Shown in pieces: positions 39,656 to 48,469 of a stretch of DNA of 64,000 bases (position 1 is the first letter of the stretch; the number at the start of each line of letters is the position of its first letter). The notes below the pieces were generated by a model. It was not told the DNA's origin. It did no database searches and saw only the letters and a list, made by a program, of their open reading frames with translations. A program made the position numbers and the translations under genes. Origin of the DNA: Bacillota bacterium (GTDB lineage Bacteria; Bacillota_I; Bacilli_A; Erysipelotrichales; Erysipelotrichaceae); assembly GCA_023249475.1 (NCBI GenBank), contig JAHFCO010000005.1:10870-74869 (forward strand), given 5' to 3'.

Positions 39656-39695
39656 ATCTTCACCTCGTGAAACATTATACCATAAAAAAAACGGG

Positions 39696-39712
39696 TGTGA
39701 TATAATATCACA
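39696..39712 (+). promoter_or_regulatory. Palindromic extended -10 / operator element TGTGATATAATATCACA
   Basis: 8-1-8 perfect palindrome containing TGaTATAAT. It ends 16 nt before the S1-gene ATG. A 16/17 identical copy is at 44558-44574. Confidence 0.5.
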
Positions 39713-39728
39713 GTCGGAGGAACCCTAG

Positions 39729-40100
39729 ATGAAATACCACATCGGACAAGTCGTTGAAGCCACGGTCACGGGCATCCAAGCCTATGGAGCCTTCCTTTCG
39801 GTGGATGCTGAAACGACGGGTTTAGTCCATATATCGGAACTTTCGGAAGGGTTTGTCCGGGATGTCGCACTGTTTATGAACGTCGGGGATAGAATCAAGT
39901 TGAAGGTGCTGGACGTGGACGAAAAAACACATCAACTGCGTCTTTCACTCAAGGCGCTGAACCCTCCGTCGCTTCGCAGAGAACGTAAACAGATGGGGAG
40001 CGCCAGCCGCTTGCCCAATGCGAAAATCGGGTTCGGCTCGCTGGCCGAACTGCTTGACGGTTGGATCGAAACCGCGAAAAAGGAGCTCAAACATGATTAA
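39729..40100 (+). CDS. S1-domain RNA-binding protein (YugI/CvfD, general stress protein 13-like)
   Basis: 123 aa. GQVVEATVTGIQAYGAFLSVDAETTGLVHISEL. Confidence 0.85.
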   Translation: MKYHIGQVVEATVTGIQAYGAFLSVDAETTGLVHISELSEGFVRDVALFMNVGDRIKLKVLDVDEKTHQLRLSLKALNPPSLRRERKQMGSASRLPNAKIGFGSLAELLDGWIETAKKELKHD

Positions 40101-41364
40101 ACTGGATACGACGTACGCCCATTGCGAAACGATGCCCGACTATGCGGGTAAAGTCGCTGAAATCCATGAGATGTTGGTGAAGAAGACCGGTAAGGGGAAC
40201 GATTTCCTAGGCTGGTACGATTGGCCGACGACCTATGATAAAACCGAATACGATTTGGTGAAGAAACTTGCCGGGGAAATCCGCGCGAAAGCCGATGTCT
40301 TCATTGTCTGCGGGATCGGTGGATCGTATCTGGGTTCACGCGCGGCGATCGAAATGGTCCAAGGGATGTTCCCGAACCGCGACATCGAGATCCTGTTCGT
40401 AGGGAACACGTTCTCCGCCCCTTATATCGTCCAATTGCTTGAACGCATCAAAGAAAAGAGCGTCGTCGTCAACGTCATCTCGAAATCCGGGACGACGACG
40501 GAAACCGCCATGGCGTTCCGTCTGTTGAAACAGTTCTTGGAAAATAAATACGGAAAAGACGAAGCCCGTTCGCGCATCATCGCGACCACCGACAAAGCCC
40601 GCGGGACATTGAAAGACCTCGCGACCAAGGAAGGGTATGCGACCTTAAGCATCCCCGACGACATCGGCGGACGCTTCTCGGTCTTGACATCGGTCGGATT
40701 GCTTCCGATCGCCGTCGCCGGCATCGACATCGACGCGATCATGCAAGGTGCTCTTGACGCCTCCAAAACCTTCAACCATCCCGATCTGTCGACCAACACT
40801 GCTTATCAATATGCGGTATGCCGTCGGATCATGGAAGAAAAAGGGTATGCGGCGGAGATGTTCGTCTCTTACGAAACCCAGCTGACGATGTTGGCGGAAT
40901 GGTGGAAACAACTGTTCGGCGAATCGGAAGGCAAGGAAGAAAAAGGCTTGTTGCCGGCCAGCGTCAATTTCTCGACCGACCTGCACTCCATGGGGCAGTT
41001 CATCCAGGACGGCGGGAAGTGTTTGTTCGAAACCTTGTTCCTGGTTGAAAAACCGATGTTGGACATGGTGTTCCCGGCGGATGCCGACGACCTCGACCAT
41101 ATGAACTACCTTGCCGGGAAGTCGTTGGACGAAGTGAATAAGAAAGCCTGCCTGGGGACCTTGCAAGCCCACCACGACACGGGGAACGTTCCCAACCTGA
41201 TCTTGACGGTGGCGGACACCTCGGCGTATACCTTCGGATATATCGCCCAATTCTTCTTCATCGCGTGCGCGATGTCCGTCTACCTCTTGGATGTCAATCC
41301 GTTCAACCAACCGGGCGTGGAAGTCTACAAGAAAAACATGTTCCGTCTTTTAGGGAAAATCTAG
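40093..41364 (+). CDS. pgi: Glucose-6-phosphate isomerase
   Basis: Within ORF 40018..41364. Contains GIGGSYLGSRA, VISKSGTTTET and GGRFSVLT. The start overlaps the S1-gene stop (ATGATTAA). Confidence 0.95.
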   Translation: MIKLDTTYAHCETMPDYAGKVAEIHEMLVKKTGKGNDFLGWYDWPTTYDKTEYDLVKKLAGEIRAKADVFIVCGIGGSYLGSRAAIEMVQGMFPNRDIEILFVGNTFSAPYIVQLLERIKEKSVVVNVISKSGTTTETAMAFRLLKQFLENKYGKDEARSRIIATTDKARGTLKDLATKEGYATLSIPDDIGGRFSVLTSVGLLPIAVAGIDIDAIMQGALDASKTFNHPDLSTNTAYQYAVCRRIMEEKGYAAEMFVSYETQLTMLAEWWKQLFGESEGKEEKGLLPASVNFSTDLHSMGQFIQDGGKCLFETLFLVEKPMLDMVFPADADDLDHMNYLAGKSLDEVNKKACLGTLQAHHDTGNVPNLILTVADTSAYTFGYIAQFFFIACAMSVYLLDVNPFNQPGVEVYKKNMFRLLGKI

Positions 41365-41371
41365 TCAAACG

Positions 41372-41406
41372 AAAAAACGTGTCGGAGTTCATCCGGCACG
41401 TTTTTT
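41372..41406. terminator. Bidirectional terminator between pgi and the LtaS-like gene
   Basis: AAAAA-ACGTGTCGG-loop-CCGGCACGT-TTTTT. Confidence 0.85.
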
Positions 41407-43351
41407 AACGTTTTGAGAAATAATCGCTGATCAGGATTTGATGCGATACGTCGAAGTAGTCTTTGACCTTCTGGTTGAAGGCGATGATTTCATCGAAGCT
41501 AAGGGTGTTTTGCGGATCCCTAGGGAAGAAGTCCCCTTCGGCGGCGGAGTAGTACCCTAAAGGATGGACCCAATTCCCGTTGGCGAAGTAGACTAGGTGG
41601 TCGGCCTCCGGATCGAAGATGTCCTGCCCGAAATACAAGCGGGGATCGGATTTGATCCCGAGGAGGTTGGTGACGGTCGGCAAGAGGTCGAAGGTGCTCG
41701 CCACGGTGGAGATCGTCCGTCCTTCAAGCAGGGGGTTATAGATGATCATCATCGAGCGATAGAGGTCCATGCCGTAGGAACGGTCGACTTGTGTGGTATT
41801 CGATATGATTTCATCGATCTCCGTCTTTAACGGGAAGTGGTCGGGATAAAGCACCAACACCGTATCCTCGAGTTTGCCGGCTTCTTCCAACCCTTGGATC
41901 AGCGCATCGACGGACCGGTCGAATTCCATCGCTTTCGACTTGTAGCGTTGGATCGTTATCGGTGCGTCGGGATAGCGGGCTTGGACTTCCTCCAAATAAC
42001 GGTTGCCCAAGGTCGAATCGACATCGTAGGGGAGATGCATGGAGGACGTGATGATGTAGCTGAAGAACTTGTCTTCGTCGATGAAATGCGCCAAGGCTTC
42101 TTCCATCAATTCGACATCGCTTGGCCAGCCATCCAACGCCGTAATGTTCAGGTCGTCGTCGTTATAGTATTTCTGCGATCCGAGGTTGATGTGGGTCGTG
42201 GATCGCGGATAGAATTTATCGGAGAAGTTATGGTAGGACGTGGTGTAGTACCCCGCATCCTTAAACAGGTTCAAGATCGATTGCGAATAGGTGTTGTCCG
42301 TGAACTTCACCTGGGTGCAACTTCCGGGATGCGGAAGCAAGGAAGTCAGGGAGATGAACTCGCTTTCCGCGGTGTTGCATGAGTATTGCGGGACATAGTA
42401 ATGGTCGAAAAGCAATCCTTCCTGCGTCAAACGGTAGAGCGTCGGCGTCAGGACTTCATCGATCGCCAGCCAATCCATGGCTTCGACCAACACATAGACC
42501 ACGTTCTTCCCTTTCAACACTCCGGACATTTCGTTTTTCCCCGAGATGTCCCTGGATAACAGGTAACGATCGATCTCTTTGATTTTCTCATCGGTTTCCT
42601 GATTCATCCGCTTGATCCAAAGCGTATCGTCGAACACCCGGTCATCGACATCTTGCGGGTCGTCGGGGATGTTCGAACTGTCGCTGTCCGGAATCTCGAC
42701 ATCGTTGACATTATAGGAAAGGGCATAGACCACGTCGCGGATGAAGAAACGTTCGACGCCGAGTTCGCGCAACGCCGGTTCGGAAAAGACCGGTTCATAA
42801 TAGATTTCCTTCGGTAGGACGATGGCGATCTCGTTGACCCACCAGCCCAACGATAGTAAAGATAGAAGATGAAGGGTCATCAGCAACATCGACCCGGTCA
42901 ACGTTTCCTTCCATGAAAACAGCGCGATCCGGTCGCGGTTGCGACGGATCATGTATAAATAGGCCAGGAAGGGAAGAAAACAGATGAAATAAACGGGTCG
43001 CAGATAGGAGATGAAGTCGACCGAATAACTGGCGACTTCATTGAACATGCCGATGAGACGCACGGAAAAGAAGTTGCCCATGTAGTTGCGGTAGGACACC
43101 TGTGAGAACCCGAGCAGACAAGCGCCGAAAAGGACGACGCCGTTGAGAATGATCGCGGCTTTGGGCTTGAGCGGCATGGTCATTAAGACAAGCAGTCCGC
43201 TGAGCGTGAGTGTAAACATCAGAATCCTCAGCATCTGCACGTTAAAAAGATCGAAATTCATCAATAATCGGAAGAGGATTTCGAGGCTGAAATAGGAAAC
43301 CGCCAGGATTTGAAAATGGCGAATCGGTGATAAAATACGTTTTTGCTTCAT
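41405..43351 (-). CDS. LTA-synthase-family membrane sulfatase/phosphoglycerol transferase (LtaS-like)
   Basis: 648 aa. Five or six N-terminal TM helices and an extracellular sulfatase domain (NVVYVLVEAM, NTAESEF with the catalytic Thr). Confidence 0.85.
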   Translation of the reverse strand: MKQKRILSPIRHFQILAVSYFSLEILFRLLMNFDLFNVQMLRILMFTLTLSGLLVLMTMPLKPKAAIILNGVVLFGACLLGFSQVSYRNYMGNFFSVRLIGMFNEVASYSVDFISYLRPVYFICFLPFLAYLYMIRRNRDRIALFSWKETLTGSMLLMTLHLLSLLSLGWWVNEIAIVLPKEIYYEPVFSEPALRELGVERFFIRDVVYALSYNVNDVEIPDSDSSNIPDDPQDVDDRVFDDTLWIKRMNQETDEKIKEIDRYLLSRDISGKNEMSGVLKGKNVVYVLVEAMDWLAIDEVLTPTLYRLTQEGLLFDHYYVPQYSCNTAESEFISLTSLLPHPGSCTQVKFTDNTYSQSILNLFKDAGYYTTSYHNFSDKFYPRSTTHINLGSQKYYNDDDLNITALDGWPSDVELMEEALAHFIDEDKFFSYIITSSMHLPYDVDSTLGNRYLEEVQARYPDAPITIQRYKSKAMEFDRSVDALIQGLEEAGKLEDTVLVLYPDHFPLKTEIDEIISNTTQVDRSYGMDLYRSMMIIYNPLLEGRTISTVASTFDLLPTVTNLLGIKSDPRLYFGQDIFDPEADHLVYFANGNWVHPLGYYSAAEGDFFPRDPQNTLSFDEIIAFNQKVKDYFDVSHQILISDYFSKR

Positions 43352-43399
43352 TTTAAGTCCACCCCTTGGATTATTATAGTCCTTTTTTCATCCATGGCA

Positions 43400-43427
43400 C
43401 AAAAAAAATGAAGCTTTTGGCTTCATT
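43400..43427 (-). terminator. Terminator after apbE (minus strand)
   Basis: AATGAAGC-loop-GCTTCATT, followed on the minus strand by TTTTTTT. Confidence 0.75.
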
Positions 43428-44547
43428 CGTTGTATAAGCGGGAGTAAGGTTTGATGTTTTCGGAGTGCACCAGCGAGAATTCACCGACGTCGATGGCCTG
43501 CGTCCCGGCGGGTTGCATGCCTTTATCATAGACCCAGACGGCACCCATGAAGACATCGGGATGGTCTTCGTTGAACTTCTCCAGGAAGGCGAGGGCTTGG
43601 TCGTAGGGAAGGATGAAGAGGGGTTTCGCCAAGGTGTCCGCCAGACCGGAATCCTCGATCAAGATCGTCACCGAGCGCGCCTGACGCGCGGGATAGAGCG
43701 TGGAAGGATCGATCAAGTGGTGATAGACCACATCGTCGGGTCCGATATAATAGCGCTGGTAATCGCCGGACGTGACGACGGACATCGATTTGTCCGCATA
43801 GAGGGTATCCAGCGATTCGGAGGTGTTTTCGATATCGGGGGATTGGATTCCGACCGCCCATTTCGCCCCGTCGGGTTTCGTGTTGATCAAGCGGACGTTC
43901 CCGCCCGCGTTGACGATGCCGGCCTTCAACCCTTCCTCGACAAGCAAACGGGCGACGATTTCGGTCGCGAAGCCTTTGGCGATCCCGCCGACATCCAAAC
44001 TGGAACAAGCGTTGTTGATATAGACGGTCTTAGCGGATTCATCGATTTCGACGAACTGCCATCCCGTGCAGACGTTCGCTTCTTCAAGCAAATGAAGGGG
44101 AGGGACTTCGCCCGGCTTGCCGTCGGAGTTATCGGCCTGGCCCATGTCGCGATACTCATGCCAGATTTCAAGCACGGAACCCATGGTGACGTTGAACGAC
44201 CCGCCGGACGGCTCGTACCATTCCTTCGCCAGTTTCAGCATGTCGAGGATCGCCTGGTCGACGACGACCGGGGCGATCCCGGCGTTGTCGTTGATGGTCT
44301 TGATGTTGTTGACCCCATCATAATCGTTGTATTTGTCGAAAAGTTCGTTCAACCGGGTGAACTCGTTTTTCATGATTTCAAAATAAGCGTCGAACTCCGC
44401 TTTGTCCTTGGTATATCCGATCAAGGTGATGATCGTATCAAAACCGGCTTCGATGGTCTGATTGGAATATTTCGTGAGGGTTTGCGGCTTCGTACACCCG
44501 GATAAGAGCGCGATCACCAACAAAAAACTTAGTGCTTTTTTTAGCAT
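43423..44547 (-). CDS. apbE: FAD:protein FMN transferase ApbE, lipoprotein
   Basis: 374 aa. Lipobox LLSGC. ApbE-like motifs (LDVGGIAKGFA, VTSGDYQRY). Confidence 0.88.
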   Translation of the reverse strand: MLKKALSFLLVIALLSGCTKPQTLTKYSNQTIEAGFDTIITLIGYTKDKAEFDAYFEIMKNEFTRLNELFDKYNDYDGVNNIKTINDNAGIAPVVVDQAILDMLKLAKEWYEPSGGSFNVTMGSVLEIWHEYRDMGQADNSDGKPGEVPPLHLLEEANVCTGWQFVEIDESAKTVYINNACSSLDVGGIAKGFATEIVARLLVEEGLKAGIVNAGGNVRLINTKPDGAKWAVGIQSPDIENTSESLDTLYADKSMSVVTSGDYQRYYIGPDDVVYHHLIDPSTLYPARQARSVTILIEDSGLADTLAKPLFILPYDQALAFLEKFNEDHPDVFMGAVWVYDKGMQPAGTQAIDVGEFSLVHSENIKPYSRLYNE

Positions 44548-44557
44548 GCTATCACCG

Positions 44558-44574
44558 CGTGATATTATATCACA
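44558..44574 (-). promoter_or_regulatory. Second copy of the TGTGATATAATATCAC element, read on the minus strand, in front of apbE
   Basis: Minus-strand reading is TGTGATATAATATCACg. It ends 10 nt before the apbE ATG, in the apbE/rnfC divergent region. Confidence 0.45.
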
Positions 44575-44630
44575 CTTTCATGAATCTTTTTAATCATTTG
44601 ACTCGTGAAATATACGCAAAAATGGAAATG

Positions 44631-44639
44631 TGCTATAAT
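44631..44639 (+). promoter_or_regulatory. Extended -10 (TGcTATAAT), candidate rnf promoter
   Basis: TGCTATAAT lies 66 nt upstream of the rnfC ATG. It is followed by a leader hairpin (CTTGG..ACAC / GTGT.CCAAG). Confidence 0.45.
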
Positions 44640-44705
44640 GGTTCAGGAACTTGGTGAACACATTTTTCGTGTCCAAGGTAACGTAGGAAAGGGCAAGGTG
44701 AGTCT

Positions 44706-45998
44706 ATGTCAATATGGATCGGCGCGATGCAAAAGCATCTCGAGGGACATAAGGGATTGACGGATCATAACGAAATCGTACGCGTCGACGCGGGGAAGTT
44801 CGTCTATATTCCGTTGATGAGTATGTTCTCCACAAATATTGAAGTCCTCGTCAAAGAAGGGGACAGTGTGAAGGTAGGGACGATGATCGCGAAACGCAAC
44901 GATCATATGACCGTACCGTTTTTCTCTTCGGTTTCAGGGAAGGTCGTCGGGAAACAGACGATCATGCATGCGGTGTTGAAACCGCTTGAACATCTGGTGA
45001 TCGAAAACGACGGCTTGTATGAAAAAGAACAACCCTTCTCCCCGATCGACTTCGAAAAAGCGACACGGGAAGAATTGGTCGATTTCATGATGAACGCCGG
45101 GATCGTCGGATGCGGCGGAGCCGGTTTCCCCACGTATATGAAATATAAGAATCCGCAGAACATTTCGACCTTGATCATCAACGCGGTGGAGTGCGAACCG
45201 TACATCACCGCGGATTATCGCGAGATTTCCAACAACATCGATGATTTGGTATTGGGCGTCAAGGCGATGCTGAAACTCAGCACCGCGAAGGAAGCCTGGA
45301 TCGCCATCAAATCCCCGAAGAAGGAACTGATCGCGAAAGTACGCGCCGCCTTGGTCGGCGTGTCCGGCATCGTCGTCAAGGAAGTCCCCGACGTGTATCC
45401 GATGGGTTGGGAGCGTACCTTGGTGTATCAATTGCTGAAAAAGCGCTATGACCGTCTGCCTTCGGAAATCGGATGCATCGTCAATAACGCGACGACCGCG
45501 ATCGCGTTTGCGAAAGCGATCCGCACCGGGATGCCGATCGTCGAGAAGACTTTGACCATCAGCGGCAACGGCATCAAAAACCCGGCCAACGTCAACGTTC
45601 CGGTCGGGGTGAAAACCGCTGAAATCGTCGCCAAACTCGGCGGGTATGCAATCGAAGACGTCCTGTTGATCGCGGGCGGACCGATGATGGGGAAAACCAT
45701 CCCCAACGACCAGTTCGTCGTCACGCCGTACGGGAATGCCGTCACCATCTTGAAGACGGAAAAAATCGATTCGGTCGCCTGTCTGCGTTGCGGACGCTGC
45801 AACGACACCTGTCCCGCGGGGTTGTTGCCGGTACGCATCAACAACGCCGAGCAAGCCGCGGATTTGGACACCATCGTCAAACTCCGTGCGGACCAATGCA
45901 TCGAATGCGGATTGTGCACCTATGTCTGTCCTTCCAAACTGGATGTGGCCGAAGGGGTTCGCCGTGCGAAACGTATTCTTCAGTTGAAAAAGAAATAG
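44706..45998 (+). CDS. rnfC: Rnf complex subunit C
   Basis: 430 aa. GIVGCGGAGFPT and two 4Fe-4S motifs (CLRCGRCNDTCP, CIECGLCTYVCP). Confidence 0.92.
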   Translation: MSIWIGAMQKHLEGHKGLTDHNEIVRVDAGKFVYIPLMSMFSTNIEVLVKEGDSVKVGTMIAKRNDHMTVPFFSSVSGKVVGKQTIMHAVLKPLEHLVIENDGLYEKEQPFSPIDFEKATREELVDFMMNAGIVGCGGAGFPTYMKYKNPQNISTLIINAVECEPYITADYREISNNIDDLVLGVKAMLKLSTAKEAWIAIKSPKKELIAKVRAALVGVSGIVVKEVPDVYPMGWERTLVYQLLKKRYDRLPSEIGCIVNNATTAIAFAKAIRTGMPIVEKTLTISGNGIKNPANVNVPVGVKTAEIVAKLGGYAIEDVLLIAGGPMMGKTIPNDQFVVTPYGNAVTILKTEKIDSVACLRCGRCNDTCPAGLLPVRINNAEQAADLDTIVKLRADQCIECGLCTYVCPSKLDVAEGVRRAKRILQLKKK

Positions 45999-46010
45999 GA
46001 GGAACGAACC

Positions 46011-47504
46011 ATGAAATTCACTTTCCGTGTGTCCCCGAACTATCGGGACCAATTGAGCACGGGTCGGATCATGCGTGATTTGACCATCGGCTTGGGCGTC
46101 ATCTATGCGTTCGCCCTTGCCTACTACTTTACGCAATACAGCAGCAATTACGGCATCCACGCCCTCGGGCTGATGGCGACCTCGTTGATCGTCGCCTTCC
46201 TCACCGAAGTGGCCTTCGCCTATTTCACCAAAAAGAAGGTTAAGACGCATCTCTTGGGATCTTACCCTTGGGTCACGGCGATCATCCTGACCTTGATGGT
46301 CCCCATCGCGACGTCCTACTTCGCCTTGGGTTTCGGTACGTTCTTCGCGATTTTCTTCGGAAAACTCGTGTTCGGCGGATTCGGACAAAACATCTTCAAC
46401 CCCGCGGCCGCCGGTCGCGCCGCGATGCTTGCATCGTTCGCAGGGGTCGCCGTCACGGACATCACGACGTCCGCCACGCCGACCGCCTCGATCGCCCAGC
46501 TTGGCTGGATGATCGACAAACCCGAAGCGGTCACGAAATTCCTCGACCAATTCGGCGGTTTGCAGAACATGTTCTTGGGACTTTATCCCGGTGCCTTGGG
46601 CGAAACGTCCAAAGTCCTGATCCTTGTGGTCATGGTGTTCCTGATCATCCGCAAGGTCATCGACTGGCGCATCCCCGTCTTCTACCTTTCCACCGTCTTC
46701 GTATTGGCCAGCCTCATCGCCGTATCCAAAGGCATGGGTTTCTGGTATCCCTTGTTCCATCTTTCCACCGGAGGCTTGGTCTTCGGCGCCGTCTTCATGG
46801 CGACCGACCCCGTCACCAACCCGACATCCGCCAGCGGACGCACCTTGTTCGCGATCGGCTTGGGGATTTTGACGGTCTTGATCCGCGTGAAGGCGAACCT
46901 GCCGGAAGGCGTTCTGTACTCCATCTTATTGATGAACATGCTGACCCCGTCCATCGAGTTGTTGACCGACGGATGGCAGATCAAGAATGTTAAGAAATAT
47001 GCGATTTCCTTCGCGTCGTTATCCTTGATCGGGATCCTCTTGGTTTTCGGGGTTTCCACCACGATGAGTTATAAAGCCCCGGTCGTCCCTGAAGAACCGA
47101 CCATCACCTTGGGTGATCCGGTCGGGATTTTCTCCGATGAAACGGCGCTTGCCCCGGCGACCGTGACCGACAAGGTCACCGAAGGGGACATCGTCACCTT
47201 GACCGTCTCCTCCAAAGGGTATGCGGTGTTGCAGGACGACCATAGCGAAGACCCCCAGCCCAACGTCTTGATCGTCAAGATCGATACCGTGAAGCAGGAA
47301 GTCGTAAGCGTCGCCTATGCGACCTTCAGCGATACGACGAACATCGGGGACAAGACGAAAAATGCGAAGTTCCTCGACCAGTTCGCAGGCTTGTCGATCG
47401 TCGATGAAGCCGCCGAAGTCGATGTTGTTTCCGGTGCGACCTATACCTCGGTCTCCGTCGCCCGCGCAGTCCGTGCGGCCATCGAAGCCGTATTGGCACA
47501 ATAA
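46011..47504 (+). CDS. rnfD: Rnf complex subunit D fused to a C-terminal extra TM helix plus an FMN_bind-like domain
   Basis: 497 aa. NqrB/RnfD core (GGFGQNIFNPAAAGRA, DITTSATP, ATDPVT), then YAISFASLSLIGILLVFGV, then a ~130-aa domain ending VDVVSGATYTS. Confidence 0.9.
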   Translation: MKFTFRVSPNYRDQLSTGRIMRDLTIGLGVIYAFALAYYFTQYSSNYGIHALGLMATSLIVAFLTEVAFAYFTKKKVKTHLLGSYPWVTAIILTLMVPIATSYFALGFGTFFAIFFGKLVFGGFGQNIFNPAAAGRAAMLASFAGVAVTDITTSATPTASIAQLGWMIDKPEAVTKFLDQFGGLQNMFLGLYPGALGETSKVLILVVMVFLIIRKVIDWRIPVFYLSTVFVLASLIAVSKGMGFWYPLFHLSTGGLVFGAVFMATDPVTNPTSASGRTLFAIGLGILTVLIRVKANLPEGVLYSILLMNMLTPSIELLTDGWQIKNVKKYAISFASLSLIGILLVFGVSTTMSYKAPVVPEEPTITLGDPVGIFSDETALAPATVTDKVTEGDIVTLTVSSKGYAVLQDDHSEDPQPNVLIVKIDTVKQEVVSVAYATFSDTTNIGDKTKNAKFLDQFAGLSIVDEAAEVDVVSGATYTSVSVARAVRAAIEAVLAQ

Positions 47505-47514
47505 GGAGGGCAAC

Positions 47515-48456
47515 ATGAAAAAAGCACTCTATTTAGCAGCGTTTCTGGCGCTGACAAGCGCCTTGGCCGGCGCCGTGTTGGCCGGTGTGAACTCCCTCAC
47601 CGCGCCGATCATCAATGATCGCGCCATCGCCGCCGTCAAAGCGACCTTGCAGGAGTTCTTCCCGCAAGCCGATGAATTCTCCGAATTGGATTTCGAAGAT
47701 GAAACCGGACTCATCACCAACGTCTATCAGGCCAAAGACGCAGGCTATGCCTACAACGTCAAGGTTCAAGGATATAAGGATGTGATCACCTTCGTGGTCG
47801 CGTTCTCCGAAGATGCCGAAATCGTCGGATTCAAAATCACCTTCATCAACGATACCCCGGGTATCGGAAGCCGCGTCGGCGAAGATGAGTTCAGCAACGG
47901 TGTCATCGGAAAAGGCAGCACCGATGCGATCGCCACGCTGTCCGGAGCCACCGTTTCATCGAGCTCGGTCGTTAAAGGCATCAACGCGGCGAAAGCGCAT
48001 TTCAACGCGATGAAAGGCATCAAGGATGACGGAACGTCCGTTCCCGATCCCGTCGAGCCCGTCATCACGCTGGGCGAACCCGTCGTGATCGTCTCCGATG
48101 CGACCGCGACTTCCCCGGCCGAAATCCTGGAGAAGACGACCGATGGCAACATCACCACCTACCGCGTCTCCGCCAAAGGCTATGCGGTGTTGGAAGACGA
48201 ATATAGCGAAGACCCCAAACCCAATGTCTACGTCATCAAGATCGACGATACCGCCAATACGGTGGTCAGCGTCGCGTATGAAACTTTCAGCGATACCGAG
48301 AACATCGGGGACAAGACGGATTCCGAAACGTTCTTGAAACAGTTCGAAGGCTTATCGTTGAGTGACGCCACCGCGTCGGTCGATGTCGTGACCGGAGCGA
48401 CCTATACATCCATCAGTGCCGCCCGTGCTTTACGCGCGGTCGTCGAAAGCCGATAG
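47515..48456 (+). CDS. rnfG: Rnf complex subunit G with two FMN_bind domains
   Basis: Within ORF 47317..48456. ATG 47515 follows AAGGAGGG. N-terminal anchor, first domain with LSGATVSS, second domain with VDVVTGATYTS. Confidence 0.85.
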   Translation: MKKALYLAAFLALTSALAGAVLAGVNSLTAPIINDRAIAAVKATLQEFFPQADEFSELDFEDETGLITNVYQAKDAGYAYNVKVQGYKDVITFVVAFSEDAEIVGFKITFINDTPGIGSRVGEDEFSNGVIGKGSTDAIATLSGATVSSSSVVKGINAAKAHFNAMKGIKDDGTSVPDPVEPVITLGEPVVIVSDATATSPAEILEKTTDGNITTYRVSAKGYAVLEDEYSEDPKPNVYVIKIDDTANTVVSVAYETFSDTENIGDKTDSETFLKQFEGLSLSDATASVDVVTGATYTSISAARALRAVVESR

Positions 48457-48469
48457 GGAGGAGAACCAC

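Noticed and set aside
44934-46760. A 608-aa minus-strand ORF antisense to rnfC/rnfD. Similar long antisense ORFs occur elsewhere (149-1249, 16081-17142, 18987-20276, 24238-25302, 60799-62232).
   Set aside because: These are shadow ORFs, typical of GC-rich third-codon positions. They give low-complexity R/G/D/H-rich translations, and each lies opposite a gene with unambiguous family motifs.
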